From an uncultured Hyphomicrobiaceae bacterium (GTDB lineage Bacteria > Pseudomonadota > Alphaproteobacteria > Rhizobiales > Rhodomicrobiaceae), in assembly GCA_964572465.1 (NCBI GenBank), contig CAZNGB010000001.1, positions 1 to 48,109 on the forward strand: DNA of 48,109 bases. The letters are read 5' to 3'. How positions within the stretch are numbered: the stretch's first letter is position 1; each line of letters starts with the position of its first letter. The notes beneath the pieces were generated by a model. That model was not told where the DNA came from and searched no databases. It saw only the letters and a list, made by a program, of their open reading frames with translations. The position numbers and the translations under genes are program-made. Shown piece by piece: positions 11,685 through 21,871 of this stretch.

Positions 11685-12499
11685 TGCTTATCGACAGCCA
11701 TTGCCATTTGGACTTTCCCGACTTCGCGCCGGAGCGCGATGATGTGGTCGCACGCGCACGCGCAGCCGGGGTCAGTCCGATGATCACAATCTCCACGCGG
11801 ATGCGCCGCTTCGAGGAAGTATACGCGCTCACGCAAACCTATGCAGATGTGTTCTGTTCGGCCGGCACGCATCCGCATTACGCGAGCGAGGAGAAGGACG
11901 TGCCGCTAGGCGACATTTTGGAAGCGGCTAAGCGCGACAAGGTCGTGGCGATCGGCGAGGCGGGCCTGGATTATCACTATGACTTCAGCGCGGTCGAGGA
12001 TCAAAAATCCGGCTTCCGCCGTCATATCGAGGCCGCGCGGCAAACCGGTCTGCCGCTGGTGATCCATTCGCGCGAGGCTGAAGACGACACCGCTGCGATC
12101 CTCGAAGACGAGATGGGGAAGGGCGCTTTCACCGCCGTACTGCACTGCTTCACCTCTGGCCACGAGCTGGCGCGGCGCGGGTTGGCGCTGGGTCTTTATG
12201 TGTCATTTTCCGGTGTGCTGACCTTCAAGCGGGCGGATGAACTGCGCGAGATCGCCGCGACCGTGCCGATGGACCGCCTGCTCGTCGAAACCGACGCGCC
12301 TTATCTTGCGCCGGTGCCCCATCGCGGCAAGCGCAATGAGCCCGCCCATGTCCGCCACATCGCCAAGGTGCTGGCCGAGGTCAAGGGTGTAAGCGAGGAC
12401 GAGATCGCGCGCGCGACCACGGAAAACGTGTACCGGCTGTTCAGCCGCCTGCCGCGTGATGCGGCGATGACCCCCGCGCCCGAAGGCCGGGTCGCCTGA
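11684..12499 (+). CDS. tatD: TatD-family hydrolase
   Basis: DSHCHL, GEAGLD, IHSR, LHCF, ETDAPY; ATG overlaps the metG stop. Confidence 0.94.
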   Translation: MLIDSHCHLDFPDFAPERDDVVARARAAGVSPMITISTRMRRFEEVYALTQTYADVFCSAGTHPHYASEEKDVPLGDILEAAKRDKVVAIGEAGLDYHYDFSAVEDQKSGFRRHIEAARQTGLPLVIHSREAEDDTAAILEDEMGKGAFTAVLHCFTSGHELARRGLALGLYVSFSGVLTFKRADELREIAATVPMDRLLVETDAPYLAPVPHRGKRNEPAHVRHIAKVLAEVKGVSEDEIARATTENVYRLFSRLPRDAAMTPAPEGRVA

Positions 12500-13302
12500 T
12501 GGCATATCGCTTCACGATCCTTGGCTGCGGGTCGTCAGGCGGCGTGCCGCGCATTGGCAGCGACTGGGGCAACTGCGATCCGCATGAACCGCGCAACCGG
12601 CGCACCCGCTGTTCTTTGCTGATTGAACGTATCGGAGATGGCGGCACCACCGCCGTGCTCGTAGATAGCTGCCCGGACATGCGCGAACAGCTTCTACGCC
12701 ACGATGTGTCCTTGCTCGACGGCGTGCTCTACACCCACGACCACGCGGACCACACCCACGGCATCGACGATCTGCGGGCAATCGTGTTCCGCCGCCGCGA
12801 ACAGCTTGACGTCTATTTCGACGAGGTGACACGCGCAGCGCTGGAGCACCGATTCTACTATTGCTTTCATGCGCCGGAGGGTAGTGCTTATCCGCCGATC
12901 CTTCGGCCTCACACGATCCGGCCGGGTAAGCCGGTGCGGATCGACGGGGCTGGCGGGCCGGTCGAGGCGATGCCGTTTGCGCAGCTTCACGGCAACATCG
13001 TTTCGCTGGGCTTTCGTGTGGGCGGGCTGGCCTATTCCAGCGATATCAGCGGGCTGCCGGACACATCGCTGCCAATGATGGAGGGGCTGGATATCTGGGT
13101 GGTTGATGCGCTGCGTCACGCGCCCGCGCACCCGGCGCATTTCACGGTGGAACAGGCAGTGGACTGGATCCGCCGGCTGGAGGTGCCGCATGCCGTACTG
13201 ACGCATATGCATAACGACCTGGATTTCAACGCGCTCATGCGAGAGCTGCCCCGCGGCATCGAGCCGGCCTATGACGGCATGGTGATCGAAATGCCGGACT
13301 GA
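12499..13302 (+). CDS. MBL-fold metallohydrolase (PhnP-like)
   Basis: LGCGSSGGVP, THDHADHTHG (HxHxDH), LTHM, AYDGM; coupled to tatD. Confidence 0.92.
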   Translation: MAYRFTILGCGSSGGVPRIGSDWGNCDPHEPRNRRTRCSLLIERIGDGGTTAVLVDSCPDMREQLLRHDVSLLDGVLYTHDHADHTHGIDDLRAIVFRRREQLDVYFDEVTRAALEHRFYYCFHAPEGSAYPPILRPHTIRPGKPVRIDGAGGPVEAMPFAQLHGNIVSLGFRVGGLAYSSDISGLPDTSLPMMEGLDIWVVDALRHAPAHPAHFTVEQAVDWIRRLEVPHAVLTHMHNDLDFNALMRELPRGIEPAYDGMVIEMPD

Positions 13303-13321
13303 TCCGGCACCGCTATCGGCG

Positions 13322-14068
13322 TCACCTTGCGTAATCCTCGTAATCGAAGCGCTGGCCGGTGACCTCGCAGGTTGGGCTGGCCAGATCGATGAACAGCGGC
13401 ACCACGGCTTCCGGGGCTTTCAGCTTCGCCGGGTTTTCGCCGGGGTAGGCGGCTGCGCGCATCGCCGTGCGCGTGCGCCCGGGATTGACGATGTTGACGC
13501 GCACGGGCGTTGAGGCGGTTTCCGCGGCGTAGGTCAGCGCGAGCGTCTCCATCGCGGCTTTCGTGGCGGCATACGGACCCCAATAGGCGCGCGGAGCTGT
13601 TGCAACCCCGGATGAGACGAAAATCGCGCGGCCTGCGTCGGAGCGGCGCAAAAGTGGGTCGAGCGTGCGGATCATGCGCATATTGGCCGAGAGGTTGATG
13701 GCAATGACCTCATCCCAGTCTCGGTCCAGGATATGGGCCACCGGCGTCAACGTGCCGAGCACGCCCGCATTCGCGACGAATATGTCGATATGCTGCCAGC
13801 GCTGGTACAGCGTCGGTCCCAGCGCATCGACTTTATCGCTATGCTTCAGGTTGAGCGTGATGAGCGAGCAGGCGCCGCCTCCAGCCCTGATCTCGTCGTC
13901 GAGTTCCTCCAGCGCGCCCTTGGTCCGTGCGATAGCGATCACATGCGCGCCTTCGCGCGCCAGCCCCAGCGCCACCGCACGTCCGATCCCGCGCGACGCG
14001 CCGGTAATCACGGCTGTGCGCCCGGCCAACCGTCCGGCCGTTCCCTGCTGCGAGGCCTCTTCTGACAT
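13322..14068 (-). CDS. SDR-family NAD(P)-dependent oxidoreductase (YciK-like)
   Basis: TGASRGIG, NAG, YAATK, NPGRTRTAMRA. Confidence 0.9.
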   Translation of the reverse strand: MSEEASQQGTAGRLAGRTAVITGASRGIGRAVALGLAREGAHVIAIARTKGALEELDDEIRAGGGACSLITLNLKHSDKVDALGPTLYQRWQHIDIFVANAGVLGTLTPVAHILDRDWDEVIAINLSANMRMIRTLDPLLRRSDAGRAIFVSSGVATAPRAYWGPYAATKAAMETLALTYAAETASTPVRVNIVNPGRTRTAMRAAAYPGENPAKLKAPEAVVPLFIDLASPTCEVTGQRFDYEDYAR

Positions 14069-14079
14069 GCGTTGTCGGC

Positions 14080-15534
14080 TCAGCTTGCTTCTGCCAGCAG
14101 CGAAAGCTGGCGATGTGGCTGATTATCGTCCTGATCCACCAGCCTCGTGGGATAGTCGCCGGTGAAGTAGTGGTCCGCAAAGCGCGGGTTGGCTGGATCG
14201 CGTCCGTCGTATCCGAGCGCGCGGTAGATGCCGTCGACGGACAAGAAGGCAAGGCTTTCCACGCCGATGAAGTCTCGCATCTCGTCAAGCGAATGATGCG
14301 AGGCCAGCAACTTGGCTTTTTCCGGCGTGTCGATACCGTAAAAGTCGGGATAGATGATTGGCGGGCATGCAACGCGCAGATGTACTTCCGCCGCGCCTTT
14401 TTCATACATCATCTGCACGATCTTGATCGAGGTGGTGCCGCGCACGATGCTGTCATCGATGAGCACGATGCGCTTGCCGCGAATGGCGGCGCTATTGGCG
14501 CTGTGCTTGAGCTTCACACCCAGCTTGCGGATGCGCTGCTCCGGCTCGATGAAGGTGCGCCCGACATATTGGTTGCGGATGATGCCAAGCTCGAACGGCA
14601 AGCCGGACTGCTGCGCATAGCCGATCGCCGATGGCACGCCGGAATCGGGGATGGGCACCACAACATCGGCATCGGCGCGCGATTCGATGGCAAGCTGTTC
14701 GCCGAACTTCTTGCGGACCTCATAAACGCTGCGCCCGCCGATGATTGAATCAGGGCGGGCGAAATAGATGTACTCAAACAGGCATGGGCGCGGCTCGCGC
14801 CGGGGGAACGGGCGATGGCTCTCAATGCCGTCCTTGGTGACGACCACGACCTCGCCATTATCGACCTCGCGCACGAACTCCGCCCCGATGATATCAAGCG
14901 CGCAGGTTTCCGACGCAAACACATATGCGTCCTCCAGCTTGCCGAGCACCAGCGGGCGCAGGCCCAGCGGATCGCGCGCGCCAATGAGCTTCTTGTTCGT
15001 GACCGCGACCAGCGCATAGCCGCCTTCGATCTGCAACAGCGCGTCGATGAGCCGTTCCACCAGGCGTTGTTTACGGCTACGCGCCACCAGATGCATGATC
15101 ACCTCGGTGTCCGAGGTTGACTGGCAGATGGCGCCAGAGGCGATCAGGTTTTGGCGGATCTTGAGTGCGTTGGTGAGATTGCCATTGTGCGCAAGCGCGA
15201 AGCCGCCGACCGACAGATCGGCGAACAATGGCTGGACATTACGGATGGCCGTCTCACCCGTGGTGGAGTAGCGCACATGCCCTACAGCGGCATGGCCCTT
15301 GAGCCGGTCCACGACGGATTTCTTGGTGAACTGGTCGCCGACCAGGCCAAGCCGGCGCTCGGAATGGAAATGCTCGCCATCATAGGTGACGATACCGGCC
15401 GCCTCCTGCCCGCGATGCTGCAACGCATGCAGGCTCAGCACGGTGAGTGGCGCGGCATCCTCATGACCGAAGATGCCAAACACACCGCACTCCTCCCGGA
15501 GTTTGTCGTCGTCAAGGAAAGTCTCACTGGCCAT
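14080..15534 (-). CDS. purF: Amidophosphoribosyltransferase
   Basis: Propeptide then EECGVFG, LQHRGQE, GHVRYST, DDSIVRGTT. Start 15534 has a GGAG RBS (alternative 15555). Confidence 0.97.
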   Translation of the reverse strand: MASETFLDDDKLREECGVFGIFGHEDAAPLTVLSLHALQHRGQEAAGIVTYDGEHFHSERRLGLVGDQFTKKSVVDRLKGHAAVGHVRYSTTGETAIRNVQPLFADLSVGGFALAHNGNLTNALKIRQNLIASGAICQSTSDTEVIMHLVARSRKQRLVERLIDALLQIEGGYALVAVTNKKLIGARDPLGLRPLVLGKLEDAYVFASETCALDIIGAEFVREVDNGEVVVVTKDGIESHRPFPRREPRPCLFEYIYFARPDSIIGGRSVYEVRKKFGEQLAIESRADADVVVPIPDSGVPSAIGYAQQSGLPFELGIIRNQYVGRTFIEPEQRIRKLGVKLKHSANSAAIRGKRIVLIDDSIVRGTTSIKIVQMMYEKGAAEVHLRVACPPIIYPDFYGIDTPEKAKLLASHHSLDEMRDFIGVESLAFLSVDGIYRALGYDGRDPANPRFADHYFTGDYPTRLVDQDDNQPHRQLSLLAEAS

Positions 15535-15689
15535 CTGGCAAGCTCCATTGCCCATTGGAGCTGCGGACCGCAAGCGGCCCGGCATTGACACCATCAATAT
15601 GCGCATTGTTGCATGACGCGCAATGCCGAAATGTCAGTTTTGTGACGCGTCAACAGGCGAGGGTAAGCGCGTCCCGGGCACGCAACGCA

Positions 15690-16205
15690 TTAACCCGGGT
15701 CGCCCTCCTCGCGGAAGACCGAGGCCGGATTGTCGGGCAATAGCGAGATAATCGCCGAGCCGGTGCTCTCGATAACCTCCAGCGAGCGCGCCTCCAACAC
15801 CCATCGCGGGTGGGTTTCTTTGGGCACCAGCATGCTCATCAGCTCGTAAGCGATAACCACGAGGATCAATCCGCGCGCCAGACCGAACACGAAGCCGAGC
15901 GTGCGGTCGAACGCGCCGACGCGGCTATCGAGGATGTAATCCGAGATCCGAACCGTGATCAGGCTGACGATAATCAGCGTTACGATGAACACGGTGCCGA
16001 TCAGAACGCCGTCGGCCAGCATCGGCGGTTCGATATATTGCCGCGCCGTCTCCCGATAGGCCGGGTAGGCGAACAGCGCGGCGACGGCGGCCAGCGCCCA
16101 GGAAACAATCGATAGCATCTCCCGCGTCAATCCTCGCAGCATCGCCAGAAACGCGGAAATGAACATGATCACAATCAGGATGACGTCGAGCCACTGTATC
16201 GGCAT
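15690..16205 (-). CDS. cvpA: CvpA-family membrane protein
   Basis: RGLTRE, DRTLGFVFGLARG; upstream of purF. Start moved to ATG 16205. Confidence 0.92.
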   Translation of the reverse strand: MPIQWLDVILIVIMFISAFLAMLRGLTREMLSIVSWALAAVAALFAYPAYRETARQYIEPPMLADGVLIGTVFIVTLIIVSLITVRISDYILDSRVGAFDRTLGFVFGLARGLILVVIAYELMSMLVPKETHPRWVLEARSLEVIESTGSAIISLLPDNPASVFREEGDPG

Positions 16206-16288
16206 TGCCCGAAAAACCCCTCTCCATGCGCGACGGCGCGCCCGGCCCGTCGTCACGGCTCCAAACGGAAGTGAAACGCATTGGCGGC

Positions 16289-17668
16289 CTACGCGCCGGC
16301 GTGTTGCGCGGCCAGCCCCTCAACCAGCCCCTTGAGATGCCCTGTACGCGCCAATTGCAGCGCGCATGAGGACTCATCGATTTCGGCAGATGCCGGCACA
16401 ACGGCTGCGCCGAACCCCAGCTTCGCTGCTTCACGCAGTCTTGTATCGGATTGGCGTACCGTCCGGATTGCGCCGGACAAACTGACCTCACCGAAATAAA
16501 CGCAATCCGCCTGCAGTGCAACGCCGGAAAGTGCCGATATCAGGGCGGCAGCCACGGCGAGGTCGGCGGCGGGTTCGCCGACGCGCAAGCCCCCCGCCAC
16601 ATTGAGATAGACATCATGCCCGCTCAACCGGATGCCGCAGCGCGCTTCGAGCACCGCCAGCAGCATCGCCAGCCGGCCCACATCCCAGCCGACCACGGCG
16701 CGGCGCGGGGAGGGGAACACCGTCGGGGCCACCAGCGCCTGAATTTCGACCAGCAGCGGGCGCGTGCCTTCCACCCCCGCGAACACGGCCGTCCCGGGCG
16801 CAGTTTCACCGCGTTCGCCGAGGAAAAGCTGCGAGGCGTTGGTCACCGGGTGCAGGCCGCTGCCGCGCATTTCGAACGCGCCGATCTCGCCGGCGGGGCC
16901 AAAGCGATTCTTGACCGAGCGCAGTAGCCGGTAATGCTGGGCGCTGTCGCCCTCGAAATACAAAACCGTATCGACCATGTGCTCGACAACCTTGGGCCCG
17001 GCGATCTGACCATCCTTGGTGACGTGGCCGACCAGACACAGAGCGCAGCCGGTGCGCTTGGCATGGGCGATCAGCGCCTGGGCCGAAGCGCGCACCTGGC
17101 TGACGGTGCCCGGCGCGGATTCAAGCGTGTCGGACCATAGCGTCTGGATCGAGTCGATGACGATGAAATCCGCGCGGCCCTCCGCGTCGATGGTGGCGAG
17201 GATGCGCTCGACATTTGTCTCCGCCGCCACGCGTAGCGGCGCAGAAGCAACGCCAAGGCGCTCAGCGCGCAAGCTGATCTGGTCCGCGGCTTCCTCGCCC
17301 GAGAAGTAGAGCGCGTTGCGCCCGGCCTGCGCGATGGCCGCGGAGGTCTGGAGTAGTAGCGTCGACTTGCCGATGCCTGGATCGCCTCCTAAAAGCACTG
17401 CCGAGCCGGGCACCAGCCCGCCGCCGAGCACGCGGTCGAATTCGCTGATGCCGGTGGGCGCGTGCGCGATCTGCCCGCCGCTGTCATCGAGGCGCAGCAG
17501 CTTGACGCCCCCGGGTTTTTTGGCCGCAGCGCGTTTTCCGCCAGAGGGCGCTGGCGCGGCCTCCTCGCTCAACGCGTTCCAAGCCCCGCACGACGCGCAT
17601 TTGCCCGACCAGCGCGCCGACGACGCGCCGCAGCTTTGGCACACATAGATGTTGTTGGCGCGGGCCAT
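16289..17668 (-). CDS. radA: DNA repair protein RadA/Sms
   Basis: N-terminal C4 zinc finger, GDPGIGKST, KNRFG. Confidence 0.97.
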   Translation of the reverse strand: MARANNIYVCQSCGASSARWSGKCASCGAWNALSEEAAPAPSGGKRAAAKKPGGVKLLRLDDSGGQIAHAPTGISEFDRVLGGGLVPGSAVLLGGDPGIGKSTLLLQTSAAIAQAGRNALYFSGEEAADQISLRAERLGVASAPLRVAAETNVERILATIDAEGRADFIVIDSIQTLWSDTLESAPGTVSQVRASAQALIAHAKRTGCALCLVGHVTKDGQIAGPKVVEHMVDTVLYFEGDSAQHYRLLRSVKNRFGPAGEIGAFEMRGSGLHPVTNASQLFLGERGETAPGTAVFAGVEGTRPLLVEIQALVAPTVFPSPRRAVVGWDVGRLAMLLAVLEARCGIRLSGHDVYLNVAGGLRVGEPAADLAVAAALISALSGVALQADCVYFGEVSLSGAIRTVRQSDTRLREAAKLGFGAAVVPASAEIDESSCALQLARTGHLKGLVEGLAAQHAGA

Positions 17669-17673
17669 TGCCT

Positions 17674-18843
17674 TCAGCCGCCGAGATAGTGGCGGGTGTG
17701 ACGCGCGCCGAGGCTGGTGAGCACCTCATACCCGATGGTCCGGGCGCGCGCAGCGAGGTCATCGACCGTCACGCGCGGCCCTAAAAGCTCGATCCAACCG
17801 CCGCGCCTCGCCAACGCACCGGGAACATCGGTAACGTCGAATGCGCTCAGGTCCATCGAGACCCGTCCGAGCACTGGAACCCTGTGCGGGCCGATGAAGC
17901 CATACGCGCCAAGCCTGTCATCGCTGCCGCCGAGCAGGCGGATATAGCCATCTGCATAGCCAGCCGTGACGATGGCGATGCGCGATGGGCGGGTGAGCGT
18001 GTGCGCCGCGCCATAACCGACGGTGTCGCCGGGCGCTGCCTCGCGCACCGTGGCGATGCGCGCCAGCAGCGTGACCACCGGCTGCATCTCCGGGGCGCTG
18101 TTTAGCGAGCGCCCGCCATAAAGCGCCACGCCTGCGCGCGTCATGTCATAGTGATAGCGCGGCCCAAGCTGGATACCGCCCGACGCGGCAAGGCTGGCCG
18201 GCGCAGGTGGCAGCAGCGCGCGCATCTCATCGAACATCTGCGCTTGGGCGTCGTTCTTGGGGTGGTCCATCGTGTCAGCGCAGGCCAGATGGCTCATGAC
18301 GAGCGACAGGTCGAATGAGTCCTGCAGGTCCCGGCGCGTTGCGAGCGTATGAACGCCGCCCATGTCGAGGCCCAGCCTGTTGAAGCCGGTGTCGACATGA
18401 ATGGCCGCCGGCCCCGCATAGCCGGTCGCGCGGCAGTAGCCGGCCCACTCCTCGATCTCGGCGATGTCGCCGAGCACCGGGCGCAGGCCGTTTGCGGCGA
18501 AATACTCCGCCGCGCCGGGCGCAAGCCCGTCGAGCACATAGATGACCGCCTCGGGCAGCGCCAACCGCAACTCGTGCGCCTCGTGCACAGTAGCAACGAA
18601 GAAAGTCCGCGCGCCGTCACGCGCCAGCGCCCGCGCGCAGGCCACCGCGCCCAGGCCGTAGCCATCCGCCTTGAGGACTGCAGCCGTTTCCGCGCTGGGT
18701 GCCAGATCGCGCAGCCGACGGTAGTTGGCCCGCAGCGCGTCCAGGTCAATGAGCAGCAGCGCGGTATCGCGTGGGCCGGGCGCGATCTGCACCATGTCTC
18801 GCGGCCAGTCTGGCGCATCCGCGCGTTGCTCAGCTTCTCCCAT
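17674..18843 (-). CDS. alr: Alanine racemase
   Basis: AVLKADGYG (PLP lysine), DTGFNRLG, SHLACAD, GYADG, GRVSMD. Start placed at ATG 18843, overlapping the dnaB end; exact start uncertain. Confidence 0.95.
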   Translation of the reverse strand: MGEAEQRADAPDWPRDMVQIAPGPRDTALLLIDLDALRANYRRLRDLAPSAETAAVLKADGYGLGAVACARALARDGARTFFVATVHEAHELRLALPEAVIYVLDGLAPGAAEYFAANGLRPVLGDIAEIEEWAGYCRATGYAGPAAIHVDTGFNRLGLDMGGVHTLATRRDLQDSFDLSLVMSHLACADTMDHPKNDAQAQMFDEMRALLPPAPASLAASGGIQLGPRYHYDMTRAGVALYGGRSLNSAPEMQPVVTLLARIATVREAAPGDTVGYGAAHTLTRPSRIAIVTAGYADGYIRLLGGSDDRLGAYGFIGPHRVPVLGRVSMDLSAFDVTDVPGALARRGGWIELLGPRVTVDDLAARARTIGYEVLTSLGARHTRHYLGG

Positions 18844-20332
18844 TCGGGTCCTGCCCAGCATGGGCCAAATCGGAGAAGCGGGTGACATCGGCGCTGAACT
18901 GCAGGCGCACGGTGCCTGTTGGGCCGTGGCGCTGCTTGCCGATGATGACCTCGCCAATCCCCTGGACCTGGTCCATCTCATCCTGCCATTTCTGGTGCTC
19001 CTCGACCTTGGTGGTCGAAGGCTCTTGCCGCTGCACGTAGTATTCCTCGCGGAAGACGAACATCACGACGTCGGCATCCTGCTCGATCGAGCCGGACTCG
19101 CGCAAGTCCGATAGCTGCGGTCGCTTGTCCTCGCGCTGCTCGACCTGGCGCGAAAGCTGCGACAGCGCAACGATCGGCACGTCGAGTTCCTTCGCCAGCG
19201 CCTTGAGGCCGGTGGTGATCTCGGTGATCTCCTGCACGCGGCTGTCAGACGCGCGCTTCGAGGAGCCGGAGAGAAGCTGGACATAGTCGACCACAAGCAT
19301 ATCCAGCCCCTTTTGCCGCTTGAGCTTGCGCGCGCGCGCGGCTAGCTGAGCCACCGAAATGCCGCCGGTGTGGTCGATATAAAGCGGAATGCTCTGCATT
19401 GCTTGCGTGACCTCGACAAGGCGGCGGAATTCCGCTTCGTCGATCATGCCTCGGCGGATGCGCTCAGACGGGATCTCGGCCTGCTCGGCGATGATGCGCG
19501 TGGCGAGCTGCTCGGCGGACATCTCCAGCGAGAAGAAGCCAACGATGCCGCCATCGACTGTTTTTTCATTGCCTTCGGCGTCGATCTCGCTGCGGTAAGC
19601 CTTGGCGACGTTGAAAGCGATGTTGGTGGCAAGCGCTGTCTTGCCCATCGATGGGCGGCCGGCGAGTATGATGAGGTCGGATTTCTGCAGCCCGCCCATC
19701 GTGCGGTCGAGGTCGTGCAGACCCGTGGACAGGCCTGACAGGTGCCCGTCGCGCTCATAGGCGTGCGAGGCCATCTCGATCGCGTCGGTCAGCGCAGTCG
19801 AGAACGCCATGAAGCCGGAGCCGTATTTGCCCTTTTCGGCCAGCTCGAACAGGCGCTGCTCGGCATCCTCGATCTGCGCTTCGGGCGGCATGTCGACAGG
19901 CGAATCATAGGCCGTGTTGACCATGTCCTCGCCGACCATGATCAAGTTGCGACGCACCGCGAGGTCGTAAATCGTCCGGCCATAGTCATGCGCATTCAGC
20001 ACGCTGACCGCGTTCGCTGCGAGCCGCCCGAGATATTGCGGAACGGTCAGCCCGCCGATTGGCTCTTCGGCCTCGAAAAACGTCTTGAGCGTGATCGGGG
20101 TCGCCTGCTTGCCCGCCTGGATCAGCTTCGCGCCGGTCTCGAAAATCCGCGCGTGCAGCGGATCGTAGAAATGTTCCGCCGCGAGGAAGCCGGAGACGCG
20201 GTCAAAGGCGTTGTTATTGATCAGGATGGCGCCAAGTAACGCCTGCTCCGCTTCGATGTTGTGCGGAGATTGGCGAAAGGGCAGGGCGTTATCCTGCGCC
20301 AGCGCATTCGTGTTCGCGTAGTTTGTGCTCAT
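18830..20332 (-). CDS. dnaB: Replicative DNA helicase
   Basis: PHNIEAEQALLG, GRPSMGKT, SLEMS, DYVQL, SDLRESGSIEQDAD, KQRHGPTG; normal length, no intein. Confidence 0.97.
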   Translation of the reverse strand: MSTNYANTNALAQDNALPFRQSPHNIEAEQALLGAILINNNAFDRVSGFLAAEHFYDPLHARIFETGAKLIQAGKQATPITLKTFFEAEEPIGGLTVPQYLGRLAANAVSVLNAHDYGRTIYDLAVRRNLIMVGEDMVNTAYDSPVDMPPEAQIEDAEQRLFELAEKGKYGSGFMAFSTALTDAIEMASHAYERDGHLSGLSTGLHDLDRTMGGLQKSDLIILAGRPSMGKTALATNIAFNVAKAYRSEIDAEGNEKTVDGGIVGFFSLEMSAEQLATRIIAEQAEIPSERIRRGMIDEAEFRRLVEVTQAMQSIPLYIDHTGGISVAQLAARARKLKRQKGLDMLVVDYVQLLSGSSKRASDSRVQEITEITTGLKALAKELDVPIVALSQLSRQVEQREDKRPQLSDLRESGSIEQDADVVMFVFREEYYVQRQEPSTTKVEEHQKWQDEMDQVQGIGEVIIGKQRHGPTGTVRLQFSADVTRFSDLAHAGQDPNGRS

Positions 20333-20349
20333 GGGCCAAAGCCATATCG

Positions 20350-20456
20350 CGATTCCGCTTTGCGGTGTGGCGATTGTCGCCGTCGTCTCCCCGCTATACG
20401 CGATATGCACAGAGCAAGCGTGATTCGTGCGGCAGGAAATTGACCGTGGCGAATCG
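20350..20456. promoter_or_regulatory. Three GANTC (CcrM) sites upstream of dnaB
   Basis: GATTC 20351-55, GATTC 20422-26, GAATC 20451-55. Confidence 0.5.
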
Positions 20457-20484
20457 CTAAACCTATTGCGCGCCCGCTCGTTGT

Positions 20485-21738
20485 CTAAGTGCCCGCCAGA
20501 CGCGGGCGCTGGCCTTCGCCGCTCTCGATGGCCGCCATCCGCCGCTCATCCTCGACCATGTAGTCTCGGGTGAGCGGCAGCGCGTCGACCCGCTTGATAA
20601 GCTGAATCTGGAAGACCATCAGGCCTTGATAGCGGAATGCCAATTCGCAACCCGCCAGATAGAACTCCCACATCCGGCAAAATCGCTCACCCATGAGCTG
20701 CCTGGCCTCGCCTCTGCGTGCCATGAACGAGTCGCGCCAGATACGCAAGGTTTGTGCATAATGCAGCCGCAGGACTTCGATATCGGCGACGATCAGCCCG
20801 GTTCGCTCAATGGCCGGGATGACTTCGCTAAGGGCCGGGATGTAGCCGCCCGGGAAGATGTATTTCTCGATGAACGGGTTGGTGATGCCCGCCGGATCCG
20901 ATCGGCCGATGGCGTGAACCAGCGCGACGCCGTCATCTTTCAGGAGTTTGTCAATCCGCTCGAAAAACGCGCCGTAGTGGTTCACACCGACATGCTCGAA
21001 CATGCCGACCGAGACAATGCGGTCAAATTTCCGATCGAGCTTGCGGTAGTCGCAAAGATCGAAGCGCACCTGTTTGTCGAGCCCACTCTTCTGGGCACGT
21101 TCACGCGCGCGGCGCAGTTGCTCGTTGCTCAAGGTGATGCCGGTGACGCGTGCATCCGCCAGCTCGGCGAGTGACAGGCCCAGGCCGCCCCAACCGCAGC
21201 CGATGTCAAGCACCTCCTGGCCCGGGCACACGCGTAGCTTGGCCGCTATGTGGCGCTTCTTGGCCCGCTGCGCCTCCGCGAGATCGATCGCGTCATGAGG
21301 AAAGTAGGCGCAGGAATATTGCCAGTCGGGATCAAGGAACAGATCGTAGATTTCCGGTGGGATATCGTAGTGATGAGACGCATTGCGCGCGGCGCGGCCA
21401 GCCGGGTTGTATTGGCGTATCCAACGAGTCGCGAAGCGGAGCCGGTCGAACATCTGCACGCTGTCCGGCAGCGAGTGGCGGGCCGCATTCGCCATCAGGG
21501 TTTCGAGGAATTGGTAAAGACTGCCGCCTTCCAGACTGAGGCGTCCATCCATGAAAGCTTCCGCAATCGCCAGTCCTGGATCAAGGAAGATGCGCCATTC
21601 GACTGACTTGTCATGCAGCCTGACCATGACGTCTGGTGGGGTATTATCGCCGAATGTGCGCGCCCGACCATCAGCGTCGATGAAAGTCAGGTGCCCAGAG
21701 GTTACGACTCGATCCAGTAGTAACCAAAGCGGTGACAT
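20485..21738 (-). CDS. cfa: Cyclopropane-fatty-acyl-phospholipid synthase family methyltransferase
   Basis: HHYD, YSCAYF, LDIGCGWG, SVGMFEHVG, YIFPGG. Confidence 0.92.
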   Translation of the reverse strand: MSPLWLLLDRVVTSGHLTFIDADGRARTFGDNTPPDVMVRLHDKSVEWRIFLDPGLAIAEAFMDGRLSLEGGSLYQFLETLMANAARHSLPDSVQMFDRLRFATRWIRQYNPAGRAARNASHHYDIPPEIYDLFLDPDWQYSCAYFPHDAIDLAEAQRAKKRHIAAKLRVCPGQEVLDIGCGWGGLGLSLAELADARVTGITLSNEQLRRARERAQKSGLDKQVRFDLCDYRKLDRKFDRIVSVGMFEHVGVNHYGAFFERIDKLLKDDGVALVHAIGRSDPAGITNPFIEKYIFPGGYIPALSEVIPAIERTGLIVADIEVLRLHYAQTLRIWRDSFMARRGEARQLMGERFCRMWEFYLAGCELAFRYQGLMVFQIQLIKRVDALPLTRDYMVEDERRMAAIESGEGQRPRLAGT

Positions 21739-21871
21739 TTCGAATCCGCGATGCTGCTCGGTGGTTCCCTACTCCAAAGACCAGCGCAGAGCGCTGTATT
21801 GACATTAACGATGCTAACAAACTTTTCGTTCCGTCGCCACCAATGGGAATTCCGGCGAGCTGCCTCAACCG

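Noticed and set aside
11684-13302. TatD plus MBL hydrolase as a nuclease defence pair
   Set aside because: Part of the conserved tmk-holB-metG-tatD-MBL core operon.
15643-15652. 10-bp palindrome TGACGCGTCA upstream of purF
   Set aside because: Short enough to arise by chance; no regulator assignable.
20485-21738. cfa between rplI and dnaB as a possible insertion
   Set aside because: As far as I recall this order is common in Hyphomicrobiales; no mobility signatures.
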